Part shown: in pieces, positions 1 to 11,564 of the stretch
Numbering within the stretch: position 1 is the first letter of the stretch
How the letters are laid out: the number at the start of each line of letters is the position of its first letter
Made by a program: the position numbers and the translations under genes
The notes under the pieces: generated by a model
Told to the model about the DNA's origin: nothing
The model's database searches: none
What the model saw: only the letters and a program-made list of their open reading frames with translations
NCBI GenBank assembly: GCA_963817635.1
Contig: CAWFPR010000020.1
Location: forward strand, 54,866-118,865
Source: an uncultured Acidobacteriota bacterium
Lineage (GTDB): Bacteria; Acidobacteriota; Vicinamibacteria; Vicinamibacterales; 2-12-FULL-66-21
Length of the DNA stretch: 64,000 nucleotides
Direction: 5' to 3'

Positions 1-941
1 CGACGATCTTCGATCACGCCATCGAGAACAGCGATTTCTACGATGCCGCGATTCGCCAGAAGAGCGGCGCAGGCACCACGGGCGAGGCGCTGTTCTTCGA
101 GCTCGCGCTCGAGGACCTCAGCAACGCCGCGGCGCTGTTCCGGCCGGTCCACGATGCGACCGAGGGCCTTGACGGATGGGTGTCACTCGAAGTTTCGCCG
201 CTCCTGGCCAACGATACGGCCAACACGATTGCGCAGGCGGCTGAGCTCCATGCGCGAGCGAAGCTCTCTAATCTCCTGATGAAGATTCCCGGCACGCCTG
301 AAGGCGCGGCGGCCATCGAGGAGTCGATCGCCGCGGGCGTGCCGGTGAATGTCACCCTGTTGTTCTCGAAGGCACAGTACCTGGCGGCGGCGAACGCGTA
401 CATGCGCGGGATCGAACGACGCGTCGCGGCCGGTCTCGACCCGAACGTCGGCTCCGTCGCGTCGATGTTCATCAGCCGCTGGGACAAGGCCGTGATGAGC
501 AAGGTGCCGGCCGAATTGCGGAATCGGCTCGGGATCGCCGTCGCACAACGCACGTACGCCGCCTACCGCGAGCTGCTTGCCTCACCGCGGTGGCACACGC
601 TGTCGCAGGCCGGGGCGCAGCCGCAGCGCCTCCTGTGGGCGAGCACCAGCACGAAAGACCCCGATGCCTCCGATGTGCTGTACATCGAAGCGCTCGCCGC
701 GCCGGACACGATCAACACCATCCCCGAGGACACGCTGCGCGCCTTTGTGGATCACGGTCACGTCACACGGACGATGCCGGCGGACGGCGGCGACGCGGAA
801 GATGTCCTGGCTCAATTCACAAAGGCCGGCATCGACGTGGCGGCGCTGGGTGCCCAGCTCCAGCGCGAAGGCGCCCAGTCGTTCGACGACTCGTGGAGCA
901 ACCTGCTCCGGAGTGTGGCTTCCAAGAGCGGCGCTCAGTGA
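1..941 (+). CDS. tal: transaldolase (5' end outside window)
   Basis: Frame 3 is open from the window edge to TGA at 939-941. The translation (TIFDHAIENSDFYD...WVSLEVSP...NLLMKIPGTPEG...VNVTLLFS) matches long-type transaldolases, including the K-I-P Schiff-base motif. Confidence 0.85.
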   Translation, partial: TIFDHAIENSDFYDAAIRQKSGAGTTGEALFFELALEDLSNAAALFRPVHDATEGLDGWVSLEVSPLLANDTANTIAQAAELHARAKLSNLLMKIPGTPEGAAAIEESIAAGVPVNVTLLFSKAQYLAAANAYMRGIERRVAAGLDPNVGSVASMFISRWDKAVMSKVPAELRNRLGIAVAQRTYAAYRELLASPRWHTLSQAGAQPQRLLWASTSTKDPDASDVLYIEALAAPDTINTIPEDTLRAFVDHGHVTRTMPADGGDAEDVLAQFTKAGIDVAALGAQLQREGAQSFDDSWSNLLRSVASKSGAQ

Positions 942-1537
942 ATCCACGTCCGACATACTGACGGCCAGGATTCGCGACCCGATGTCACGACCCACGGCGC
1001 GCCCCCGGCGCGGCGACGCACCGCGCCAGCGTCCGCTCGGCGTCGACGCGATCGGGATTCCCGGCGGAGCGAACCCCGCGGTAGATATCGACGGACTCGC
1101 GCAGGAGCGGCTCCGCGGCACGGCGATCGCCTCGATCGAGCAACAGCGTGCCGAGGCTCGCGAGAGAGGCCGCGAGGTCCGGATCGCGACCCGACAGGTG
1201 CGCACGGCGAATCTCGAGCGCCTGCCGGTGCAGCCGCTCGGCCTCCTCGAAGCCGCCGCGGGCCGCGACCACCGACGCAAGCTCCCAGAGGTACTTTGCG
1301 TAGTCCGGGTGTGACGCCCCACGCGTCTTGACCCACAGGGCCTGGGCTCGTCTGAGCATCGGTTCGGCCTCGGCGAGCCGGCCCTGTCGCCGGATGGCCG
1401 AGCCCAGGTTCATCGTCGCCTCGGCTGCCCAACTGCTCTCCGGCCCGTAGATCTTCGTCGCCAGCGCGAGACCCTGCCGAAACACGCGCTCCGCCTCGGC
1501 GTAATCGCGCGTGCAGAGCTTGCTCACCCCCAATGCT

Positions 1538-3772
<2,235 letters not shown>

Positions 3773-3995
3773 TTTACGCGTCCACACCCCGGCATTCCAC
3801 CCGGGTCGCACCGGGATTGCCCGGACGCGAGCCGGCCCCCGATCCATGTCGTGCGCCGCACGACCGAAAGAGCGGTAAACTGACGCGACGACACGAACGC
3901 GGGACCGGGCGGCGCGCCGGGGCGATGCTCGTCATTGTGGTCTCCTCGAGCGCCGGCGAACATTCAGCATTCGTGCGTCCTTCGGCCGCACACGC

Positions 3996-4577
3996 ATGTC
4001 AGACGCTGACGAGCGCACGCGAATCACGCAGATCCTCATGGACTCCCGGGAAGCGGGCGCCGACGACGCCAGCGCCCGGCTGGCGGAGGCGCTGTACCCT
4101 GAACTCCGCCGGCTCGCCTCCGCGCTGATGCGTCGCGAACGGCAGGACCACACGCTTCAGCCCACGGCCCTCGTGGGCGAGGCCTTCCTCCGGCTCGTCG
4201 ATCAGTCGAAGGTCGAATGGAAGGACCGGGCTCACTTCCTTGGCATCGCCGCCCGCGTCATGCGCCAGATCCTCGTCGACCACGCCCGCCGTCACGGTGC
4301 GGCCAAGCGCGGGGCCGGCGTGCAGATGGTCACGCTCGACGACAAGCCCTCGGCCGGCGGCGGCCCGGTCGAACTCCTGTTGGTCAACGACGCGCTCGAC
4401 CGCTTCGCCCTCCTCGACGAACGCGGGGCGCGCGTGGTGGAGATGCGCGTGTTCGGCGGGCTCACCATCGACGAGATTGCCGCTGCGCTCGGCGTGTCCA
4501 GGCGCACCGTCGACAACGACTGGGCCGTGGCCCGGATGTGGCTCGCCCGCGAGCTGTCCGCATCACCGTCGTCCTGA
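3996..4577 (+). CDS. ECF-type RNA polymerase sigma factor (Sig-70_X6-like, kinase-associated type)
   Basis: 193 aa with region 2 (TLQPTALVGEAFLRL) and a region 4 HTH (LTIDEIAAALGVSRRTVDNDWAVARMWL). It lies divergent from the Ser/Thr kinase gene. Confidence 0.9.
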   Translation: MSDADERTRITQILMDSREAGADDASARLAEALYPELRRLASALMRRERQDHTLQPTALVGEAFLRLVDQSKVEWKDRAHFLGIAARVMRQILVDHARRHGAAKRGAGVQMVTLDDKPSAGGGPVELLLVNDALDRFALLDERGARVVEMRVFGGLTIDEIAAALGVSRRTVDNDWAVARMWLARELSASPSS

Positions 4578-4583
4578 CGCCGG

Positions 4584-5450
4584 CTACTGCGGCGTGGCCG
4601 ACACCGAGTAGTCGAGCCGCAGCCCGCAGCTTCCGCTGCCAACCGTGAGGGTGTTGGACCCGAGACTCGAGAACGTGCCGTTCGAGGACCGGTGCGTGCG
4701 AGTGACGCCGCGATTGTCCAGCTGGCTGTCGTGAATCCACCGGGTCGAGGGGGGGAAGACCACGACCTGTTCGTCCCACTCGGTGCCGTTGAACTCCACG
4801 CGCACGAATTGGCCCGCTTCGGCAGGCAGCGAATAGGTCTGCCCGCCTGACAGCGACACCGAGGCGTTGCGCGCGAGACTGACCACGAGCAACTTGCTCG
4901 GATTGCCGGGGTAGTCACTGGGGCTCTGATCCGCGACGTACTGCCCGCCGTCGGCCGTGACGAGCCTCACCCGAAACCCGAATTCCCCACGGTCGAGCCC
5001 CTGGAATACATCGTCGCACGTGTCCAGGGCCGTGATCGAGTGCATCTGGACGGCGACGATCATGCGGGCGCGCGCGATCTGCAGGGTCCTCCTGCCCGAC
5101 TGCCCCTGGAAGTCCGCCGTCACGTCCGCCGAGCCGGTGCTCACCGCGGTCACGAGCCCCGTCGCCGACACGGTGGCAACCTTGGTATCCGACGACTTCC
5201 ACGTCGCGCGTGTGGACACGTCCTCGGTGCTTCCGTCGGAATACGTCGCCTGGGCGGTGAGTTGCGCCGTCTTTCCTTCCGAGAGTGACATGGAGCCGCT
5301 GACTTGAATGGCAGTGAGCGTCCGCGTCGGCGTTGTCGGTTGCGACTGCGAGGGGGCCGTGGGGCTGCCGCCACAGGCGGCAAGGAACAGCGCGACGAGC
5401 GCCGACCCGAAGTAGATGGACACGGCGGACCGGTGAGTGGAAGCGGCCAT
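4584..5450 (-). CDS. lipoprotein with a bacterial Ig-like (Big_2) domain
   Basis: Start at MAAST (GGAGA Shine-Dalgarno upstream), lipobox LFLAAC. The segment LTAIQVSGS..LSEGKTAQLTAQATYSDGSTEDVSTRATWKSSDTKVATVSATGLVTAV is a typical Big_2 domain. Confidence 0.7.
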   Translation of the reverse strand: MAASTHRSAVSIYFGSALVALFLAACGGSPTAPSQSQPTTPTRTLTAIQVSGSMSLSEGKTAQLTAQATYSDGSTEDVSTRATWKSSDTKVATVSATGLVTAVSTGSADVTADFQGQSGRRTLQIARARMIVAVQMHSITALDTCDDVFQGLDRGEFGFRVRLVTADGGQYVADQSPSDYPGNPSKLLVVSLARNASVSLSGGQTYSLPAEAGQFVRVEFNGTEWDEQVVVFPPSTRWIHDSQLDNRGVTRTHRSSNGTFSSLGSNTLTVGSGSCGLRLDYSVSATPQ

Positions 5451-5724
5451 TGATGTCTCCTTCTTGTCGATCGACCCGGCATCCCGCCGGATCAGCTTCT
5501 GGAGACGTATGCGCGGTTCGCCGCCGCACCGCGCAATGCCGGGCCGTTTGCGCGATCTCCGGGCGGACGACGCATATCGAGTCAGCATCGGCAATCGGCA
5601 CCCGAAAGGAACGCCGCGTGCGTCCTCCACGGGAAGCGGATCGGGAATCACCGTCCGCGTCCCTCAATCGTGATTGGGGTGTCCGTGCGGAAGGGATAGA
5701 ATCTGGCCCACGGGTGTTCAGCCC

Positions 5725-6159
5725 ATGACGAGCAACAACATGCGGGTGGGAGTGTTCCGGCGCATGCTGGCGCGGGAAGCTGGAGCCGGTGCCAACGCAC
5801 CGGCCATTGCCGCTGCAGCCCGCCGCTTGTGCGAACGCTTCGCCGAACAACTCACTCCCCTGATCGGCGACGCAGGAGTCGCCGCCATCTGCGCTCGGAG
5901 CCTGCACCTGACACAGCGGAACGTTCGAGGGCTCGCGCCGGTCCGTGAATCCGCTCAGAGGGGTGCGCCATTGGCACTCCTGCAGCTGTCCCTGGAGCAG
6001 CAGGAGCCGGCCGCGGCCACCGAGGCTGCGGTCGCCATGCTCGCCACGATCGGTGAGTTACTGGCGTCATTCATCGGGGAGAGCTTGACGACCAGTCTCT
6101 TACGCGAGGCGTGGCCCGACGACTTCGCTGCCGACACCCCCGAGGAGACCATCACATGA
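5725..6159 (+). CDS. hypothetical protein, translationally coupled to the KaiC-like gene
   Basis: 144-aa ORF starting at ATG 5725 (the ORF-track start at 5674 is TTG). Its TGA overlaps the kaiC-like ATG as ATGA at 6156-6159. No domain recognised. Confidence 0.5.
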   Translation: MTSNNMRVGVFRRMLAREAGAGANAPAIAAAARRLCERFAEQLTPLIGDAGVAAICARSLHLTQRNVRGLAPVRESAQRGAPLALLQLSLEQQEPAAATEAAVAMLATIGELLASFIGESLTTSLLREAWPDDFAADTPEETIT

Positions 6160-7673
6160 GCGATAAAGTCCCGATTCGACGCCTGCCGACGGGCGTCCCT
6201 GGACTCGATGCCGTCCTGGGCGGCGGCGTGCCCGAGTTCTCGTTCAATGTCGTTGCCGGCACGCCGGGCGCCGGCAAGACCACGCTGGTGCAGCAGATCA
6301 TGTTCGCGCTGGCGCGTCCGGATCGACCCGCGCTCTTCTTCACGGTGCTCGGCGAGCCACCGCTCAAGATGCTCCGCTATCAACAGCAATTCGAGTTCTT
6401 CGATCTGGCGAAGGTCAACGCGTCGGTGCGGTTCACCAACCTGGCGAAGGAGGCGCTCGACGGCGGACTCGGCGCCGTGCTGAAGCGCATCGTGCAGGAG
6501 GTGGAGGCCACCTCACCGGCCATCGTCATCGTCGACTCATTTCGATCGGTGATGCAGGCCGCGAAACGGCAGACCGAGGGGCTCGACGTGCAGCACTTCG
6601 TCCAGGAACTGGGCATGCGGTTGACCGGCTGGCAGGCGACGACCTTTCTAGTCGGCGAGTTTCAGCTGGCCGAGACCGAGAACAATCCCATCTTTACGGT
6701 CGCGGACGGTCTCGTATGGCTGTACCAAAGCCTCGATCGCAATTCGATGGTGAGGAAGATGCAGGTCATGAAGATGCGCGGTCAGGCGCCCATTCCCGGC
6801 CTGCATACCTTTCGCATCAGCGATCGTGGGATTCAGGTGTTCCCGCGACTGATCGCCGGGCCACCCGAGGCGTCACCGGCCGCCGAGGGCAGGACCAAGG
6901 GCCGACCGCCGCGGCTGTCCGTTGGGGTGACCGGTCTCGACGAGATGTTGGGCGGGGGCATTCCTTCCGGATACTCCGTGCTCGTCGCCGGCCCGTCGGG
7001 ATCGGGCAAGAGCGTTCTCGCCACCGAGTTCATCCGCGAGGGTGTCCGTCGCGGCGAACCGGGCGTCGTTGCAGTGTTCGAAAAGCGCCCGAGCGAATAC
7101 GCGCAGACCGGCGCCGGTCTCAACCAGGCCGTTCGCGACGGCCAGGTGGGGATCGTCCACACGCGCCCGCTGGATCTCTCGATCGACGAGACGCTGCACG
7201 AGTTGACGGATGCGATTCATCGGATCAAGGCCCGGCGCGTCGTGATCGATTCCCTCTCTGGATTCGAACTCGCGCTCGCTCCCACGTTTCGGGAAGACTT
7301 TCGTGAGTCGCTCTACCGCCTGGTCGCGGCGTTGACGGGGATGGGCCTCACCGTGATGATGACGACCGAATTGGAGGACAGCTACACGGATCTCCGGTTC
7401 AGTCCGCACGGAACGGCGTTTTTGACCGATGCGATCATCCTGCAGCGATATGTCGAACTCGAAGGACAGTTCAAGCGGGTGATGGCGGTCGTAAAAGTCC
7501 GGGCGAGTGCGCACAAGAAGGACCTTCGCATGTTTGAGATCACCGCCGATGGCATCGTCGTCGGTGAACGGATCGTGAACTATCAGGGACTCCTTACGGG
7601 GAGCCCTCATCTGGTCTCGCTCGGCAGTCCGCTGCCACATGGCCGGCCCACGACCGGCCGGCCGAAGTCGTGA
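6156..7673 (+). CDS. kaiC: KaiC-like double RecA-fold ATPase
   Basis: Two tandem RecA/KaiC domains each carry a Walker A motif (GTPGAGKT and GPSGSGKS). The N-terminus (IRRLPTGVPGLDAVLGGG) is repeated as VGVTGLDEMLGGG. Confidence 0.9.
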   Translation: MSDKVPIRRLPTGVPGLDAVLGGGVPEFSFNVVAGTPGAGKTTLVQQIMFALARPDRPALFFTVLGEPPLKMLRYQQQFEFFDLAKVNASVRFTNLAKEALDGGLGAVLKRIVQEVEATSPAIVIVDSFRSVMQAAKRQTEGLDVQHFVQELGMRLTGWQATTFLVGEFQLAETENNPIFTVADGLVWLYQSLDRNSMVRKMQVMKMRGQAPIPGLHTFRISDRGIQVFPRLIAGPPEASPAAEGRTKGRPPRLSVGVTGLDEMLGGGIPSGYSVLVAGPSGSGKSVLATEFIREGVRRGEPGVVAVFEKRPSEYAQTGAGLNQAVRDGQVGIVHTRPLDLSIDETLHELTDAIHRIKARRVVIDSLSGFELALAPTFREDFRESLYRLVAALTGMGLTVMMTTELEDSYTDLRFSPHGTAFLTDAIILQRYVELEGQFKRVMAVVKVRASAHKKDLRMFEITADGIVVGERIVNYQGLLTGSPHLVSLGSPLPHGRPTTGRPKS

Positions 7674-7676
7674 CAC

Positions 7677-8813
7677 ATGAAATCGCCACGCACGCGGAGC
7701 TCGAAGAAGGCCTCGCCTGGCGCCGCGAAGAAGCCGCCGGGCGTGGCGCATGTCACGCGCCATCAGCGTGGCGTCACTGCCGGTGTGTCGGTGAACGCGC
7801 GTGTCGAGCGCGAGCGAGCACTGGTCGCGCGCGAAGAAGCGGTGGCCCGTCGTGAGCGCGCGCTACGGCGGCAGGAGGCGACACTTCGCGTTTCACAGCC
7901 TCCGACGCAGACCCGCGCGGACATCGACCGGCTGATGGGCCAGATGCGGGAAGCGAACGAGCGGCTGATCGTCGCAGCAATCCACGCACAGAACCTGTCA
8001 GACGACGCCCACACGGAAACGGCGCAGGCCAGGGATGAACTCGACAATCTCCTGAACCAGCTGCGGTCCGCGAATGAAGGGTTAGCCGCCGGCGCCGCGC
8101 AGGCCCACGCGATGGCGGAGGAAGCCCGCGCGCGTGAAGAGAAGTATCGACGTTTGTCCAGTCGGCTCCTCACATTGCAGGATGAGGAACGACGGCGTCT
8201 CGCCCTGGATCTGCACGACTCGACAGGGCAGCGCCTGGCCGCCCTGACGATGAATCTCGACATCGCCGGACGGGCCGCGCGGTCGCTCGCCGCCCCGTCG
8301 CGCCGGGCGCTCGCGGAAAGTCGAGTCCTGGCCGAGGAATGCGCTCGAGAGGTGCGGACGCTCGCGTATCTGCTGCACCCCCCGTTGCTCGAAGAGGCGG
8401 GATTGCTGTCGGCGGTGCACTGGTACGCGGAGGGCTTCGCGAAGCGCAGCGGCATCGATGTGGTGGCGGATCTGGATGAGGTCGGGCGATTGCCGCGGCC
8501 GATCGAGACGGCCCTCTTCCGCGTCGTGCAGGAAAGTCTCACGAACGTCCATCGCCATGCGTCAACCACAACCGCCTCGATTCGTCTCACGGTCGCGAGC
8601 GATGTCGTCGCGCTCGAAATCCACGATCAGGGACACGGACTTCGTGAGCCGCTGGCACACCAGACAGGGATGCTCCAGCCTGAGACGCTGGGCGTGGGGA
8701 TTCAGGGGATGCGAGAGCGCATCAGTCAGCTGGGTGGGACCTTCGACGTCGAATTCACGGACAAGGGAACGACGGTGCGCGTTGGCGTGCCACTGAACGC
8801 GGACACCCCATGA
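7677..8813 (+). CDS. soluble sensor histidine kinase (HisKA_3 + HATPase_c) with an N-terminal coiled coil
   Basis: H-box LDLHDSTGQRLAAL, N-box ESLTNVHRHA, G-boxes HDQGHG and GIQGMRERISQLGG. No TM segment. It starts 4 nt after the kaiC-like stop. Confidence 0.85.
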   Translation: MKSPRTRSSKKASPGAAKKPPGVAHVTRHQRGVTAGVSVNARVERERALVAREEAVARRERALRRQEATLRVSQPPTQTRADIDRLMGQMREANERLIVAAIHAQNLSDDAHTETAQARDELDNLLNQLRSANEGLAAGAAQAHAMAEEARAREEKYRRLSSRLLTLQDEERRRLALDLHDSTGQRLAALTMNLDIAGRAARSLAAPSRRALAESRVLAEECAREVRTLAYLLHPPLLEEAGLLSAVHWYAEGFAKRSGIDVVADLDEVGRLPRPIETALFRVVQESLTNVHRHASTTTASIRLTVASDVVALEIHDQGHGLREPLAHQTGMLQPETLGVGIQGMRERISQLGGTFDVEFTDKGTTVRVGVPLNADTP

Positions 8814-9457
8814 AGCCCGTCCGCATCCTCATCGCCGATGATCACGAGGTCGTGCGGCACGGCGTGCGCGCCGTGCTGGAAGGGCAGGCGGGGTGGGTCG
8901 TGTGCGGCGAAGCGAGTTCCGGGCGCGAAGCGGTGGCCAAGGCGATTGACCTCCGGCCCGACGTCGTGGTCCTGGATATCAGCATGCCGGAGTTGAATGG
9001 CTTGGAAGCCACGCGCCAGATTCGACACGCCGTATCGGCCAAGGTCCTCATCCTGACCGTGCACGAGTCCGATCAGGTCGTGACGGAAGTAATCGATGCC
9101 GGCGCGCACGGGTACGTGTTGAAGACAGACGCGGGACGAACACTGGTCGAGGCGATCCGCGCTCTGCTCGACAGCCGGGAATTCTTCACCGCACGTGTGC
9201 GTGGCGTTGCGGTTCGCCGAACGGGCACACGCCGCGCGGCCGCCGAACGAGGTGCGCCGGGACGTCTGACGCCGCGCGAGCGCGAGGTGGTGCAGCTGCT
9301 CGCCGAAGGCAAGTCCAACAAGGAGGTCGGCGTCATGCTCGGGGTCACCACCAGGACCGCGGAAACACACCGGACGCACATCCTGGCCAAGCTCCATCTC
9401 CACTCGATGAGTGAACTCGTGCGCTACGCGGTCCGGAACCGCATTATAGAGCCCTGA
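8810..9457 (+). CDS. response regulator, NarL/LuxR family
   Basis: Receiver domain (ILIADDHEVV...VVVLDISMPELNG) plus a LuxR HTH (LTPREREVVQLLAEGKSNKEVGVMLGVTTRTAETHR). ATGA overlap with the kinase gene. Confidence 0.9.
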   Translation: MKPVRILIADDHEVVRHGVRAVLEGQAGWVVCGEASSGREAVAKAIDLRPDVVVLDISMPELNGLEATRQIRHAVSAKVLILTVHESDQVVTEVIDAGAHGYVLKTDAGRTLVEAIRALLDSREFFTARVRGVAVRRTGTRRAAAERGAPGRLTPREREVVQLLAEGKSNKEVGVMLGVTTRTAETHRTHILAKLHLHSMSELVRYAVRNRIIEP

Positions 9458-9662
9458 ACGCCTCATACAAGACGTCTATAACGGTCGGCAAGCCACCACG
9501 CCAGCCGTGGGTCAGTCCCGCGCTATACAGAATCTACCGTATAGCCTAGAGAGCTCGGCCCATTTTATGCTTGTCACCGATTAGGGACAGTCACCCGCGC
9601 AAGCAGAGCGCGAACTGCGAATACCGTCCACGCCTGCGTGACTGTCCTACTCGGAGGCCGCG

Positions 9663-9926
9663 ATGCCGCAGGCAAGGCTGCTCACACGTATCCGCGCCGA
9701 GTATCTGGAAATGCCCGGTTTGAAACTCACCCTCGGCCAGGCGCAGCGGCTCTGCGGCGTCGAGCGAGAGCTGTGCAAGATGGTGCTCGACGCGCTGGTG
9801 GCCGAGAAGTTCCTGTGCGTGAAGCCGGACGGGGCGTTTGCGCGGTTGACCGAGGGCGTCATTCCTCGCCCGCGTTCCGTCAAGGCGGACCTTCGAACCG
9901 AGCAGCGTGTCGCGACGGCGTCGTGA
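9663..9926 (+). CDS. small hypothetical protein (possible winged-helix)
   Basis: 87-aa ORF with a GGAGG Shine-Dalgarno 5 nt upstream of the ATG. The pattern LTLGQAQRLCGV...LDALVAEKFL resembles a wHTH recognition region. This assignment is weak. Confidence 0.5.
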   Translation: MPQARLLTRIRAEYLEMPGLKLTLGQAQRLCGVERELCKMVLDALVAEKFLCVKPDGAFARLTEGVIPRPRSVKADLRTEQRVATAS

Positions 9927-10129
9927 CGCCGCAGGCTCGTGTTTCGCGGAGCGTGCCGAATGCTCTGGATAGGAACGGCGGTGACGTTCGGCGCCGGCAG
10001 TGTCGCGCTGATGCTGGCCCTCCTGGCCAGGCGTCCCCCGCAGATTGAGGAACTCGGCTCTGTGAGCCATCGCTGGATTGCCGAGCATCGACTGGATTCG
10101 CCGTGAGCACGTAACCGACGAGTACCGCC

Positions 10130-10831
10130 ATGCCTCACACCCTTCGAGCCGTGAAGCCGAAGCCCACCTTCGACGTGGACGGGTTTCTCCGTTCCGGTGG
10201 CGCAGGGACTACCATCGGGGTTTATCAACCTCGGGAAATAGTTTTTTCGCAGGGCGATGCTTCCGACAGCGTCATGTACCTTCAGGAAGGCGCCGTCATG
10301 CTCTCGGTGTTGTCTCGCAGCGGCCAGGAAGCCGTCGTCGCGATGCTCGAGACCGGTGCCTTCTTCGCCGAGAGTGCATTAGTGGGCGATCCCGTTCGGC
10401 ACGAAACGGCCACCGCGATGACCGCGACCACTGTGCTGATCATTCCGAAGGAGCAGATGAGTCGCCTGCTCCACGAACAGCATGAATTCTCGGATCGCTT
10501 CATTGCGCACATGCTCGCTCGGCACAATCGGGTCGAAGAAGACGTGGTCGACCAGTTGTTCAATTCCAGCGAGAAGCGACTGGCCCGCGCGCTGCTGCTG
10601 TTGGCGCACTACAGCAAGCCGGGCAAAGCGCTCCGCGTGCTGCCCCCGGTCACTCAACAAACGCTCGCGGACATGGTGGGCACCACCAGGTCACGCGTGA
10701 ACTTCTTCATGAACAAGTTCAAGAGGCACGGCTACATCGAATACAGCGGTGGCCTGAAGATCAACGACTCCCTCGTGACAGTCATCTTGCCGGCCGACCG
10801 TGTCGGAACACGCCCGTCGAAGACTGGCTGA
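10130..10831 (+). CDS. Crp/Fnr family transcriptional regulator
   Basis: cNMP-binding beta-roll (FSQGDASDSVMYLQEGAVMLSV..SGQEAVVAML) and a C-terminal HTH (QQTLADMVGTTRSRVNFFMNKFKRHGYIEY). Confidence 0.85.
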   Translation: MPHTLRAVKPKPTFDVDGFLRSGGAGTTIGVYQPREIVFSQGDASDSVMYLQEGAVMLSVLSRSGQEAVVAMLETGAFFAESALVGDPVRHETATAMTATTVLIIPKEQMSRLLHEQHEFSDRFIAHMLARHNRVEEDVVDQLFNSSEKRLARALLLLAHYSKPGKALRVLPPVTQQTLADMVGTTRSRVNFFMNKFKRHGYIEYSGGLKINDSLVTVILPADRVGTRPSKTG

Positions 10832-11001
10832 TCGCCAGCCTCATCGTGCTGACAACTTGTGCGTGGCCGCGAGTGCAGGAGCGCGCCGAGCACTTGGGCT
10901 GCGACGTGTTCCTCTCGAAGCCGTGCCTCCCGGATGCTTTGCTGCGCGAAGTCCGGCTGTTGCTACCACCTTGTCAGGTTGAGCCGTGGCTGACACAGTA
11001 G
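10828..11001 (+). pseudogene. remnant of a response-regulator receiver domain (C-terminal about 50 aa only)
   Basis: The frame reads LIVLTTCAWPRVQERAEHLGCDVFLSKPCLPDALLREVRLLL, which corresponds to the alpha4-beta5-alpha5 end of a receiver domain. There is no N-terminal part and no start codon. Confidence 0.4.
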
Positions 11002-11164
11002 GCCGATAACGAGCCAGCTATCTCGGCTAACGACTCCCGCCCGCGACTATCAGCCACGCCCTCTGGCTCTACCATCGCTTCGGTCCCAGCTTCCGTTGGA
11101 TGCGAAGGATTTGCCCGCCCAGCGGGGCTGTCCGCGCCAGGTTGACAGTGCCTGTCAAGCTGCG

Positions 11165-11275
11165 ATGGACGTCAAGAGGACCGGTGCACAACCATCCGCC
11201 AGGGGACCGGCGGAGTGGTTCTCAGGGGTAGTGCGAATCGACTCGCCGTTCCAGCGGACCGCACCTGCCCGCGCT
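11165..11275 (+). pseudogene. possible N-terminal remnant of a cupin-family gene
   Basis: [30 protein letters not shown] resembles the N-termini of a widespread cupin family, as recalled from memory. The reading frame then dissolves. Confidence 0.3.
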
Positions 11276-11564
11276 CTCATCTCGAATATTCAAGAAGGGC
11301 GATTCTGGTAGTCGCTCCAATTGCGTGGTCGGACGGCACGTGCGAGTTCTGCCGCCAGGGCGCGGCGTGACGCCGACTCAGGTGGGCTTGGTTCGGACCC
11401 CACTCCGCATCCTCCGACGTCGTGGAACAGACCGTTCGTAGTTGCCAGCCGGGTGGCAATCGAGCCGACTTGACAAGCCACGACGACCGGGCGAAGATGC
11501 CGGCCTCGAACGGTACACAAGATTGGTCGCGGTCCGACAACGGCCGGCAGAACGAAAACCCACT

